63,727 nt of DNA, filler included, from Dugesia japonica (GCA_001938525.1; 6 parts of 6 records of this genome joined end to end with filler, not necessarily neighbours in it), one strand, 5' to 3'. Numbered from the whole stretch's first letter, positions 50,654 through 63,727 are shown. Notes: generated by a model from the sequence alone, not told the origin. Made by a program: numbers and translations.

Positions 50654-52116
50654 CAGTAATCCCCCGCTTTGCAAACATGATGCGTTCTGCAAAATTTGTC
50701 GTATATTGAACAATCATATAGCGAACTCAATATTTGTATGGAATTCCATTAAAAATAAATAGATACGTTCCAGTGAATAAAAATATTCGTAAAACGAAAT
50801 CTATTTTAGTAAATGTTCGTATTAAAAATAGATAGATGCGTACCTAAAATTTTTGTTCCATGAAACCCTACTCTATTGTTATGAAACAATATGATATGGA
50901 AAGAAAATCAAAACATTTATTCATTTTAAACATAAAATTACATTATTAATTAATCATTATTATAAAAAAATAAAATTTAGCATTATTAAGCCAAAAAAGA
51001 TTAATTATAAATATTAGATTTATTCCAATATGTCATATGACTCCTCGTCTAAGCTAGTATATGGATGATCTTTCATCTGAATTGGCATCTGAAATAGATT
51101 CTATGTTCTTAAATATAAGTAGTTGCTAAATTTTTGGGAGGTATAACCATTGGCTTCAACAATTTGTTTAAATTTAGCAGGATACATTTTTGTCGCTTCA
51201 ACATCTGCACTTGCTGCTTCTCTAGACGTTTTTATATTATGTAATGAGTGACGTTTTTTAAAGCGATCTAATCAAACTTTGCTAGTTAAAAACTGTTCAG
51301 ACTGAGAACCGTCCCCATTTTGCATTATTAAATACTGGCGAAGGCTATTAGCCTTTTCTTGTATAATAGTTGTGCTTATTGTAATATTTTGTTGTGATTG
51401 ATGGTCTATCCACACGCTAAGCATTTGTTCATTTTCCGCCATTACCGCACTTTGTGTGGAAACATTTTTTGCCGTTAAAGATGTTACTCTTTGTGCACTC
51501 GATCTTATTTTATCTACATTTTTTTAATTCTGCAATTAGTTGAAGCAGCAAGTCCTTAAGCATTTTCTATTTTATTATTTTTCTCATCTGCTTCAAGCCG
51601 TGTTAAAACATCAAGCTTTACCTCTTTTTTTGCAGAAGTGCTGGGAATTGTATTTCTAGTGCATTTACCAGACATTTCTTTATCAAAATTAGCCCTTATA
51701 TAAAAAATAAATAATTATGTAATATTATTCACTTAAACAACATACAAATTGCACTAAAGAAAATTTCAATTAATATAATTATATCTTTTTTTGAGAATTC
51801 CCAAATTAGAGTTGAAGAATTTGTTTATAATAGCGAAGTTTTCATAGTTATTAGGAATTTTATATTTTATAACTCATTTATTTAATATAAAAGCTGTGAT
51901 CAAAATTTAGGTTTTATTTATTGATATTGAATTTTTATCCAATATCAATAAATAAAACCTAAATTTTGATCAAAGCTTTTATATTAAATGAATTCTATAA
52001 AATGATCAATGTTTATGTCCAACAATTATTCTCGCAATAATTGCAATTGGGTTATTATTCGTGTTCGTAACTTTGAAATTTTGTAAAACGAGCTTTCGAA
52101 AAGCGGGGGATTACTG
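50654..52116 (-). mobile_element. Tigger/pogo internal-deletion derivative; transposase N-terminus at ~51130-51675
   Basis: TA|CAGTAATCCCCCGCTTT...AAAGCGGGGGATTACTG|TA. CENP-B-type HTH remnants EQMLSVWI..IIQEKA..F.TSKV*LDRFKKRHSLHNIK..EAASAD. No DDE domain. Confidence 0.92.
51880..52050. repeat. Penelope-like pLTR copy with a 50-bp fold-back, nested in Tigger
   Basis: Arms 51880-51929 and 51940-51989 are 49/50 complementary with a 10-nt loop. 51929-52048 aligns with 46867-46979. Confidence 0.85.
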
Positions 52117-52669
52117 TAATAAACCAATGCATAGAGTAAGCAAATGTGTAAGTAAAAGCCCATATGTTACTGTATTGACACAGTAAGCTCATTGGACACA
52201 GAAAACCAGTGTGACACAGTAATGTCAATGAACAAAATAAGTAAATGAACACAATAAATTACATTTCATGTAGTATTTTATCACCATACNNNNNNNNNNN
52301 NNNNNNNNNNNNCAAATTATTGTATTTAATTTTAGACTGTTAATAGAATCCAGATCAATTATGGTCAACTGAAGATAAAATTATTTGAAATAAATCTTAT
52401 AATTTATATTTGTGTGTTTTTAAATTTTATCAATAGATTTATTTTTTGTGAGTTTCTATTTTATAAATCGTATTTTATTTTGTTTCAATTTTGTAAATGT
52501 TTTATAAATTGGTATAAATATGGTATAAACTGTTTAGTTTGTTTCTTCTTTCCACTCTTTCTTTTTTACAATACGCTTTTTTGATCGTTTCTCTTTATTC
52601 ATTTTAGGAATACTTTTGATCTGATCAACTACAATTTTTTTAAATTTTGTCATTTTAAAAGTATAATAA

Positions 52670-53065
52670 TTACTTAGTTTGTTTGTACACAGTAATACCA
52701 TCAGGATTGAAAATATCGGTTCTCACCCTCAGTTCGTCTGAACATTGTTATGTAAAGTCGAGAAAAATATAACCATGTGATTTTATTGTTGCATCTTGAA
52801 ATGATTCAATAAGAAATTGTCTATTATTAGGATAAGCCTGTCTTGCTAGAAAATTAACAACTGTTTTATCTATTGGATTTTTAAATAGAACCAAGTATTG
52901 TATATTTAAATTACGCGTCCTATGACTTCCACCTTGATGGAATAATATTTGAGTAATGATTATAACAGTCACATTACAATGTCTGCTTATTTTTGTAAAT
53001 AAATTATTAAAGTCTTTTTCTTTGTTTGCCTCCTGATACAGATCATCTACTACGATAACATCTTT
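52670..53065 (-). pseudogene. Polinton A32/FtsK-like packaging ATPase, C-terminal half
   Basis: Walker B IVVDDL, LFTKISRHCNVTVIIITQ, RTRNLNIQYLVLFKNPID, HGYIFLDF and LRVRTDIF. One internal stop; Walker A is missing. Confidence 0.9.
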
Positions 53066-53789
53066 TTTTTTATTAAAATATTACTACTTAAATAGAGTTA
53101 ATTAAAGAGACAAATTAATAAATAACATTTATTATAATAATGACATATATATATTAAATATCAATATTTTGCATCATTTCTTCTTGTTTCAATGATAATG
53201 CATTTATTTTGCTCATATNNNNNNNNNNNNNNNNNNNNNNNNNNNNNNNNNNNNNNNNNNNNTTAATTAATTAANNNNNNNNNNNNNNNNNNNNNNNNNN
53301 NNNNNNNNNNNNNNNNNNAAAAGCTTTTCTTAATGAAAACATCAAAATAAAAATAAACATCACTAGAACAATTTACTAATACTTTTATTTATCTTATAGG
53401 ATGATCGGCCAACCGTCCACTTCGTCTTTGATCCATTGGCTTATTTTTACAATTCATTCCACTCTCACAGTTTTGAGTTCTGTTTATTAACGATAACTCG
53501 AAATCTGGATATTTCTATTTAATTAATTTTCGCCGTATTCTATTATCATTTCTCTTTAATTTGCTCCAATTTTTCTCTAATATTAATCATGTTCGTCCAA
53601 CTTTAGACTTCATTTATTAATCAGCGTTTAATTTCCTTTGAATTTGCAGCTACTTTGCACCAGATTTTTATCTTTTAACTTTTATCAGCTTGAAATCAGC
53701 GTTTAATTTCTTTTCAACTTCATCAAATATAATTCGTTTTCCGAATTTCATGATCCATTTTTCTTCTTTCAATTCTTCATCTAAAAGCT

Positions 53790-56029
53790 AGTTCATAAGG
53801 TTAATACACCTAATAATTATGTTCGTCTTTGAAGTTTTTGATATTATTTTACTGTCGTCAGACGCAGTCAAATTATATGAAACAGTAGATTCGAAGATTG
53901 AAGATTTCGAAACCAGGCGTAGAGAAGCATTTTCAAAGCCCGCAGACCTGGGTATGGATCTAATTAATGCCTTGAAATATCGTAAACTAAATGAATCCTC
54001 AATTTCATTTTTTTCAAAAGTTTAAAAATTAGCAGATAATATTCTGNGTCACCAGTTAACAAAGGAAAATTTCGTCAAATTCCTTTTACAAAATTCAATG
54101 GACGATAAAGAAGTTAAAAAGGAAATTAAAATGCGAGATATAGAAGATGGGGAAAAATGAAAGAAGTTATAATTAAAATTGATGGATTAAAAAAAGAAAT
54201 GGAACCAGAATATGGAATATCAGCGTTGAAGAAAAAAGTTACATATGCAACAGTAGTGTGTGAAATTCCAAATTCAAATAATAGATTCAATAAACCAAGA
54301 TTCAATGAAAATTTAAATTAAAGTAAAAATTATGAACAGAAATATGATTTCAAGATATATCGAAGAAATAATGGAAATTTTACGAGAGGAAATTATGAAT
54401 CCAATGTTCAGACTTTCAGAGTTAGAAAACTTTGTATATGCAGTGAAGAAGGTCACATCCGGTCACAATGTCCTAATGTTAAATGTTTGCATTGTAACAA
54501 TCCAGGACATCTCTGATTTCAATGCCATGAAATTAATCCTCTGAGAGCAGAAGACAAATGTAAAACAAGCAACGAAGATTTCAAATGAATGCCTATAATG
54601 ATGATGATTATAATGATGCCTGTTCCAGTGATGGAGTAGATCAAGGAGATTATTCGGGACATTCCAAAGTTCTGATGAGGGAGGATGCAGTTGAAGCTAT
54701 AAATCTAGGTTAGATAATAATGTTTTGAGCACTAATGTATGTGATATGAATGCTTGTGAATGTTTGTTTGATGAAAATAATGAAAATTCTAAAAAATTGA
54801 ATAATTTAGTTTGCTTGAATGAATGTAAATATTTGTTGATTAAGGATTTATGTAACAAAACTATAAAATATAAAGATGAATATTTTATAGATAATATTTT
54901 AATTCCTAATGGTGTTTCAGTTTTAAATTACGGATTTAAATAATGCAAATTTAATAAATAATTATGAAAATAAGATTGTTTTTAAAATAAAACCTTCAGG
55001 AAGACCTGGTTTAAAGTTTAAATTAAGTAACGAAGTAAATGTTGATTGTTTACTTGATACTGGCGCTAAGATTAATGTGATTGACCATGAAATATTTTTA
55101 AAATTAAATATTACTAAAATAAAAAGTGAATATATTAATGTTACTTGTGCTAATGAAACCCAACTAAAAATAATAGGAGTATTATATTAAAAGTTACACT
55201 TAATAATCAAACAGAATATATTAAGTTATATGTTGCAGAAAATATTTCTCCCTGTGTTATTGCAGGAATTGATTTTTTTATCGAAATTTAATATAAAATT
55301 AAAAATACTAAATTATATTAATAAAGAAATTTTGGAAATAAAAATTATGAACTTTAAAAATGAAGTAAATAAAAATATTAGTGATTTAATTGAACGATTT
55401 TCAGAAATCTTTATGAAAGTTAAATGGGATGTAGATAAGACTACACTATTTAAACATGAAATTGTTAACCACAATGGTCCTGTTGTAGTAAATTCTTGGC
55501 AACAACCTATTCATTTAGATGAATAAATTAATAAGGCTATTTTAGAAATGGAAGAAAAGGGTATAATTAAACAATGTGATTTTTAGTGGAATAGTCCATT
55601 AGTTTGCGTTTGAAAGAAAGAGAAAATATACATTAGAATTTTCCTAAATTTTAGATTATTGAATAGTATAACGGAGAGACCATTGTTTCCAATACCAAAT
55701 ATAGGAGAAATGCTTGACATTTTGAATGGATCAAAATATTTACAACTTGTAAGATTTGGGTAATGCATATCACCAGGTAGAATAAGAGGAAATTTCAAAA
55801 TACAAAACGGCATTTTCTACAAAGCTTGGTCAATTTTGCTTTAACCGAATGCCATTTGGAATAGCTGCAGCACCAGCAACATTTCAAAAATTAATGGCAA
55901 AAGTGTTAGGACCATTAAATTGTAAGAAGCAATTGTTTATCTTGATGATATACTGATATTTTCTAAAACTAAGAAAGAGCATACCAAAAGATTGGATAAT
56001 GTTTTTTAATCAAATTAAAAATTCAGGTT
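53790..56029 (+). pseudogene. Gypsy gag-protease-RT (degenerate)
   Basis: Gag with double CCHC knuckle (~54430-54530), CLLDTGA (~55047-55067), WNSPL, RMPFG and YLDD (55938). Confidence 0.92.
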
Positions 56030-58144
56030 TCATACTGGTTCTTGGAATGGGCTACAGATATAAATTTCAATACTCTCAAATGGTTCATTAGCCTTTAATT
56101 TTATAGTTTCCTTCTTTGTTCTTACTGTTGTTACTTTGATCATTTGGAACAATGTACATTTTTTTATTACTTTTGACACAGTTTCTTTCAAATTTTGCAT
56201 ATTATATTCATTTTTCAAATAATTTATCACTTTTTCTGTGCCTGTGTGCATCAATAAATTATGCATTTCTTTTACCATTTGAATTTTCTTTTCTGGCGAG
56301 ATCCATATTTTGACATTTTTTATTTTTATTATATCTTCTATTAATCGAAATTTTTACATTTTCCATTTTTTTATCATTCTTTATGTGTTCAATTTCTTCT
56401 ACGTTACTTTGCCATTTATATGTATCTGAGCTTTATATACCATTAATTGTTCTTGTCTTTATTTTTGCTTCCTTTGGATTTTAATGATATTTTAAGCATT
56501 GTACACACGTACCACAATTCATTCTCGACAGCATATCTGCATTCGTGTGTTTTGCACCTTGTCTAAATTCCAATATCATATCTAGGCTACTAAGAAAAAT
56601 CATCCAAGTCTAAAATTGCGGAGTAATTGGCTTGTTTATCTTTTTACTAAATGCTATCTCCTTGTGATCTGTTCTTACCAAAAATCTTTTTCCATACAAA
56701 TAATGTTTAAAATGGTTACAAAAGTAGTAAATGGCCAATAATTTCTTTCTTTTTATTCAATAGCTTCTTTGATGAGCTGGCATTGCATGTGACCCATATG
56801 CAAATGACTTGTTCTAAACTCTTTTCATCTATTTTCGATAGAACTGCTCCATTGGCATTGAAAGTCGCATATGTATCTAGTACACACATCTTTTTGATAT
56901 TTGGAAAGCTCAATATCGGTGCTTTTGTTAATGCATCTTTCATCTCATTAAAAATTTATCACAATTTTTAGACCACAGAAGTTTTTTATTATTACTTTCA
57001 GATAGCTCTTCCAAGCTTCTAGCTTTCTTTGAGTAATTATTAATAAACCGTCTAAAGTAATTGCATATTTCCAAAAAGCTTTTCAAGTTCTTATACATTT
57101 GGGTCTTCCGAAAATTTTTATCGCTTCAATTTTTGTTGGATCGGTTCAAAATCCATTTTTGTATATGACAAGTCCTGAAAATTTGACTTCTGCTCGCAAT
57201 AAATGACATTTTTCTAGACTAATTCTCAATCCTGATTCTTGAATTCTTTTAAAAATGTGGTCTAAAATTCTATAGTGCTGCTCTAAATTTTCTGAAAATA
57301 TCAATATATCATCCATGTATACCATCGTTCCTCTCAATCTTCCTAATACTTTTGTCATTAATTCTTTAAACGTTCCAGGTTCTGCAGCTATACCAAAAGG
57401 CATTCTTGTGAAACAATACTGTCTATTTATCTTCGAAAATGCTGTTTTCCCTTGTGAATCTTTATGTAACAGAACTTGATAATATGCAATACCTAAATAA
57501 ATACTACTAAAATATATAGCACCACTCAAATTGTCTAGTATTTCCTCTACATTGGGCATCATAAATGCCTGTCTTTCTGTGATTGCATTCAGTTTTCTAA
57601 ATTCAAGACATAATCTAACGTCTTTACTTTCTTTTTTCCAAACACATATTAACGGAATGTTCCATTGCAAGTTACACTTTCTAATAATGCCATTGTCAAA
57701 CAAATTCTTGATAGCTTCATCGATCTTATTCTCTAAATCAATTGGTTGTCTCCATGGTTTCGTATTTTTTGGTTCTCAATTTGTGATTATTTGATCTTCT
57801 GTCATTTCTCAGTTGTCTGTTATGAATATTCCTTTATAAATCATTATAACTTTCTCCAAATTCATTGTTGATGGCCTAAAGAAAGCCTTTCTGAATCTTT
57901 CTTCAAATCCCAATGATTCGTCTACATTTTCATAGATTTCACGCCGTTCTTTATCTATGAAAGCAACTACAAACAAACTTTTTTGGCCTTTCTTTGATCC
58001 GCTTTTATCAAAATATTTCGTTGTCTTCAGGATAAATCTTTCGACATCATTGCCTAATTTGAAAATTCCAGGGTTCATGGTTTCTTTTAGCAAGTCTAAT
58101 GATGCGTTGGATATATTATTTATATTAGTTAAATTCAAAACCAC
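56030..58144 (-). pseudogene. Gypsy gag-RT-RNase H-integrase N-terminus (degenerate, protease deleted)
   Basis: Gag at 57809-58144; RT with RMPFG and YMDD (57146-57703); RNase H VLDTYA..RTDH; integrase zinc-binding H...HTG...C. Confidence 0.92.
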
Positions 58145-58533
58145 ACAAGGCTGAATAAATTTGTATTTATAATTACAAGTGTTCTTTATTAAAATAAAAT
58201 AATGATGAAAAATAATTCATAATATTCAAACAAATAATCTCAAAAATTTTTCAATAAAATATTTTAAAAAAATCGATTCAATTTTTTACGAAATATTTTA
58301 ATTTACATAATGATTTCATAAAATATTTAAACAAATATTTCATGAAATATTTCACTTTNNNNNNNNNNNNNNNNNNNNNNNNNNNNNNNNNNNNNNNNNN
58401 NNNNNNNNNNNNNNNNNNNNNNNNNNNNNNNNNNNNNNNNNNNNNNNNNNNNNNNNNNNNNNNNNNNNNNNNNNNNNNNNNNNNNNNNNNNNNNNNNNNN
58501 NNNNNNNNNNNNNNNNNNNNNNNNNNNNNNNNN

Positions 58534-58598
<65 letters not shown>
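58534..58598. repeat. (ATT)n microsatellite; others at 33038-33085, 33760-33838, 59590-59646 and 62191-62260
   Basis: Direct reading. Several abut N gaps. Confidence 0.95.
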
Positions 58599-59220
58599 CA
58601 ATTATTTATTAATTTACAATACTTTGAATTAAATATGAAATCATTTTTATACATTTCAGTTTATTTACCAATATTTGTAAAATGTGAATAATTTTAAAAT
58701 GTTTAAAATGAATAATTTAAAATTTTTCATATAATAAAACAAAAATTAAAAATTATTAAAGAATTTTTAAATTTAATCAAAATAATCAGTAAATTAAGTC
58801 AATAAATTAATTAGATATTATTTAAATCGATTCACCGAATTAGACAATTTCATTATCTCGAATTCTTAGTTTGATATGACAACTCAAAGAAAATACCATT
58901 AATCAAATTTTCCATTGTCGAAGATTTTGATTCCTATCTATCTATAGTAGTATTTTCAACCAATCATTTAAGATGCAATTATTGATTTTCTACTAAATGT
59001 ATTTTTTTCTTCCTCTTGACAATTTAATGTTCTCATCGCTTAGAATTGCCAAATATTGTCGACATTTTTAAATAATTCAGCTTAGGTTTCTTGTTTAATT
59101 GAATCTTAATTTGAATTAGATATTTATTAGTTGGACACAGATATCAAACTCCGAAAATTCGGTAGTTTAAAATTTGAAATAAGTATTTAATTAAAACATT
59201 GATTAGCATTTCATTTCAGT

Positions 59221-59596
59221 ATGATATGGTGGCTAGGAGTTATTTCATTGGGATTATTCTATTTATTAATAATTGGCGTTGGAATATGGGCTGCTAGAAA
59301 GTCTAAAGCGCCACTTGAAGGTGAATCGGAGTGTGAAAATTTAATGTTAGCTGGGAGAGATATTGGATTAGTTGTTGGAATATTTACAATGACAGGTAAT
59401 CTATTATTTTTCTTGTGACTTTAAAGAATAATTTATTAATATTAATAATTTATTTAATTAAATTAAAAAATTAAAGTAAGAACATGAAAATAATTTTCAA
59501 AATTTAATTATAAATTGTAAATGAAATAATTTAATATAATATTGACTATTTTAATTTTGCATAGTAATTTTTTGTTTGTATACCTATATCTGTCTG

Positions 59597-59651
<55 letters not shown>

Positions 59652-62189
59652 ATAATCTATATTCAAAATTTGATAAATCATTGTAACAATTTATGAAGGT
59701 AAATTTCCTATGAAGCATAATGCCAAATTTGTCAACAAACTCTTATAAATAATTTTTTATTTAGTATTTATTTATTTATTATTAAGTTAGGCACCAAATT
59801 CAATAAATTATTAAAATGAATATCTTTAAATACCAAATTATCTTCTATAATCAACAAACAGAACTAAAAAGCCAAAGCAATTCATTTACTATATTCTACA
59901 AGCATAAATTCATGTATATCAACAAAAGTTTCCACTGCCACGACCACAGATTACGCGCCCTTATGTAGAATAAATTCTTGAATTTTTTATAATTTAATTC
60001 AATACATTCCCAGTATTGTTAAGATAATCCTTTTTTTAACTGTAAAATATTTTTCTACATAAGAAATCGGTTAAAAATTTATTTGTTATGTATCAGAAAT
60101 TTCTTTTATATGGATAGGCAGTAATGAAAGCTTTATTTTATCTTCATTTTTGAAACGATCAATAAACATTATATTTCGAATCAATCAAAAAATAAATATT
60201 TATTTGAATGTATTTTCTCGTAAAGATCAATTAGTTTATTCTAAGTCTATCTAACTGTTAATTAAAATATTAATTCGTTGATAATTTCAGATAATAAATA
60301 AATAATTACCATGGTAAAGCGATTCAATATTAAAAATTAAATTTGTGTCATTTTAATATTTTTAATACCCTGAAAGAATCCACCAGTTATTTTTACAGAA
60401 ACTCAATCCATCGTTTTAAGTTGTTAGAAATCCTACACTTTTGTTCTGGAAAGAAATTTTTTGAAATTATATTAAAAAACAAGTAGTGTATGTTTGCGCA
60501 TGATGCTCAAAAATTTTAATTTTAAACCGCAAAACTAATGATACAGATTTATATTCATTTTATTGAAAGTTTATTAAAGATTAAAATTTGTAAAAAAAAT
60601 TGAAAGATTTCATTGAAATAGTATAGACAATAACCAAGAAAGTATACGAAAATCATCAACTTCCATGATGATAATTTTAAAACTTTCAATGAAATTAATA
60701 TATTAAATATCTAGTGATGGATGTTTGTTTGTGTATGATGCTCAAAATTTTAAATTTTAAACTAAAGCTAAATGACAAAAACATGAAGAGTGATCATGAT
60801 CAGATAATTCCCTGAAGAAATTGATTTGATGGGAATATCAAAACGGACACGAGGTCCGTTGGACAACAGTAAGAAAGAGAGCAAGCCGAAGGCACGTGTG
60901 TCGAGCAAAATAAGATCTCATAAGTAAGACCTGAGTAAACAAACTAATAAGACAAAAATAAGGTGCCATAAAGGCAGAGGGTGTTTGAAACCCCTGAGCA
61001 GACCTCATTTGTATGCCACATTGACATTAAACACGTATTTTTGTTTTATTTTGAAAAAATATGATGATGCATTAATAAAATTTAATTCAAAAAAAATTCT
61101 GAAGTTTTTATACTACGCGTGGGGTGGTTTGCCGCTCACAAACCATCTAGTTGTTGCATTATTTGAAAACAATTTTTTTTAAAAATTTGTTCGATTATTT
61201 CCAAAATTGTTTAACAAATTATATCCGTCCAATAATTTTCATTTTCAAAATCACGAACTCAATTATTGTTAATTAATTTTATTTCGTTTCTATTTAATAT
61301 TCTAAAATACTGTAGTAACGTTTACAAATAAAAATCATTAATCATCTATGCTCTGTAAAACTTAATTATAAATTTTTCAACATTTCTAATTTATTTTACA
61401 TTTGATTAAGACATGGAATATTAATGTCATCTTATTAGCATTTTTAAAGCATTAATTTTAATTAAATATGACTTCTTATTTTAAATGTGTCATTAAAAGT
61501 ACATATACAATTTGTACAGTATAAAATAATCAGTAGTATTGATTAAAATGAAAATGAGCATTTATTGATTTGTGGAGTTCAATACAGTAATTAAACCACA
61601 TGAAAATAATAGTCGATTTTAACTACATTTAAATGCAATATTCTATAAAATAGATAGAACAATAATAAACAATTATAATATAATTGTAATATAATTGTTT
61701 ATGATGTATAATTTTAATACAAAAAATGAATTCACAATGACAATTCTAAAAACGCAGCAATAGATAGATGTAATTCCCATAAATTTTAAAATTTAATAAA
61801 CTAATTATTAAATTTGAAAAGTTAAAATTGATATTTGAATGTAAACAGAAATTTTTAAAAATATTTAATTTCAAGAAACTCTTTTCTGAAAAATAGTTTT
61901 CCTTGTTTNTTAAAATATTGAATGATCGTGTTGCATTGTATTTGTAATATATTCATGAATTGTTCTTATAAATAATTTGAAATAAATTTTCTACAGAACA
62001 TTTGTTTATTGATTATTTAGTTAAATTTTTTTATCTCATAAAATATTTATTGTGAATTTTATTTTTCAAACATTGATTACCAATATTAAACAGCAATTAA
62101 TTGTTTTTTGTGACTTTACAAAAACACAGAATGTAATTCAGTTTTCATTTAATATGGGCAATAATTTTGCAATAATAAAAATAATAAAA

Positions 62190-62260
<71 letters not shown>

Positions 62261-63605
62261 NNNNNNNNNNNNNNNNNNNNNNNNNNNNNNNNNNNNNNNN
62301 NNNNNNNNNNNNNNNNNNNNNNNNNNNNNNNNNNNNNNNNNNNNNNNNNNNNNNNNNNNNNNNNNNNNNNNNNNNNNNNNNNNNNNNNNNNNNNNNNNNN
62401 NNNNNNNNNNNNNNNNNNNNNNNNTAATAATAATAATAGTAAGCTCAATTATTTCACGGTTCTTGATGATTCATCTTATTGTTTTAAAAGTGTTTTTCAT
62501 TCATTACCTGGATAACTTAATTGCAGATATCCTACATTTTGGCTGAAATCTTTTAGAATTTATTAATAAAATATAACTAGTTTCATTGTACTATCCTATC
62601 ATTATTAACCATAACTTAATTACTGATATTCATATGATTTAAATAATATTATAAGGCTGTACATGAAAATTGTGAATAAGCATCATACACTAGGAACAGA
62701 NNNNNNNNNNNNNNNNNNNNNNNNNNNNNNNNNNNNNNNNNNNNNNNNNNNNNNNNNNNNNNNNNNNNNNNNNNNNNNNNNNNGATTTAGCTAAAGTTAC
62801 CAGAATTTCTTCTCAAATCTCTCGTATACAGAAAAATCTTAAATTGGTAATATTCTTGAATTTCGTATATTACTTTTCTCAAACTGATAGTTCGTTTATC
62901 CATTTCCTCATTTCGTGGGCTTGACGTCATACTTATGCACTTAGCATAGAATTTCTTAAAAATAAAAATTTTGCTGTCTACCTTTTACCGTTTACCTTTT
63001 TTCTCGGTTTTAACTTTTTATATGTACTATCAAACCGTTTATAAAATAATATTTTAGCAGTATATTAAAATTAATTATTAAACTTTAGCTACATGGGTTG
63101 GCGGAGGATATATAAATGGAACTGCAGAAAGTGTTTTTACTCCTGGTCAAGGATTAATTTGGTGTCAAGCCCCAATTGGTTATGCTCTTAGCCTTACAAT
63201 AGGTTAGAAATTTTTTAACACTTTATGATATATCCTTTATTATTAGGTGGTATTTTCTTTGCTGGTAAAATGAGAGCTCAAGGACACGTAACAATGTTGG
63301 ATCCATTTCAAAAGAAATTCGGTGAACGCATGGGTGGTTTGCTTTTTATTCCTGCTTTATTAGGTGAAATATTTTGGTCAGCTGCAATCTTATCGGCTTT
63401 AGGTAATTTATAGAGTTGCCGACTACTTACCTATTTGAAATTTGTATAATTTTAAGGTGCTACTATAACAGTTATTCTTAATGTGAATGATGATATAGCA
63501 GTTATATTATCTTCAGTGATTGCAGTAGCATACACAATGTTTGGAGGATTGTATGCTGTAGCATATACAGATGTCGTTCAGTTATTTTGCATTTTTGTCG
63601 GATTG
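59221..63605 (+). CDS. SLC5A7: High-affinity choline transporter (SSS family), first four coding exons: 59221-59395, 63089-63202, 63247-63402, 63457-63605; continues beyond the window
   Basis: Spliced frame [14 protein letters not shown]|[14 protein letters not shown]...[10 protein letters not shown]..|[19 protein letters not shown]...[12 protein letters not shown]|GAT...[25 protein letters not shown]. All introns are GT-AG (3693, 44 and 54 bp). Confidence 0.96.
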
Positions 63606-63727
63606 GTAATTTATAATATTTCAAAGAAATTTCTACGATTATTGTTTTATTCCTTTAATTAATTCGAGAACTAATCAAAATGCAAGACCGTTAATCGAGA
63701 AACAATTTGCTATACATTTTATAAACG

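Noticed and set aside
52670-53065. Treating the ATPase as part of the same insertion as Polinton B
   Set aside because: Separated by two synthetic spacers and on the opposite strand, so linkage cannot be shown.
14461-53274. Regularly spaced TTAATTAATTAA palindromes as a biological periodic signal
   Set aside because: Always centred in exactly 44+44 Ns; this is an assembly linker.
53400-53790. Possible minus-strand gag/transposase fragment
   Set aside because: Only compositional resemblance; no diagnostic motif.
58278-62448. Poly-Ile/Leu/Ser and X-rich ORFs (also 32999-33256, 17668-17988, 43036-43323)
   Set aside because: Produced by microsatellites and N runs.

Overview
This is very AT-rich, repeat-dense eukaryotic DNA, most likely from a planarian flatworm. 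That call is an inference from a flatworm-type (PROF1-like) orphan GPCR and 44-54 bp introns. The window is not one verified contig: five 100-nt spacers (44 N + TTAATTAATTAA + 44 N) split it into six segments of about 9-14 kb. Host genes are an intact intronless rhodopsin-class GPCR (47852-48985) and the first four coding exons of a high-affinity choline transporter (SLC5A7, 59221-63605). Most other recognisable sequence is decayed mobile DNA. There are two different endogenous Polinton/Maverick (adintovirus-like) elements. Element A (1-5866) has a pPolB with N-terminal C2H2 fingers and an EndoVII/HNH insert, two structural ORFs and a penton start. Element B (25188-~33000) has penton, core protein, major capsid, adenain protease and pPolB. 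A separate packaging-ATPase fragment is also present, with Gypsy, hAT, mariner, DD39D/Stowaway-like, Merlin, Tigger, Helitron and LINE remnants. Best leads: (i) a minimal type I hammerhead ribozyme in a Penelope-like repeat, plus a second copy that starts at the predicted cleavage site and carries a 50-bp fold-back; (ii) a 535-bp non-coding element with Polinton-type AGT...ACT ends and a 6-bp TSD; (iii) Polinton B looks like a capsid/polymerase hybrid and may carry accessory genes with host-sized introns. All family assignments come from motif recognition by eye; no searches were run.
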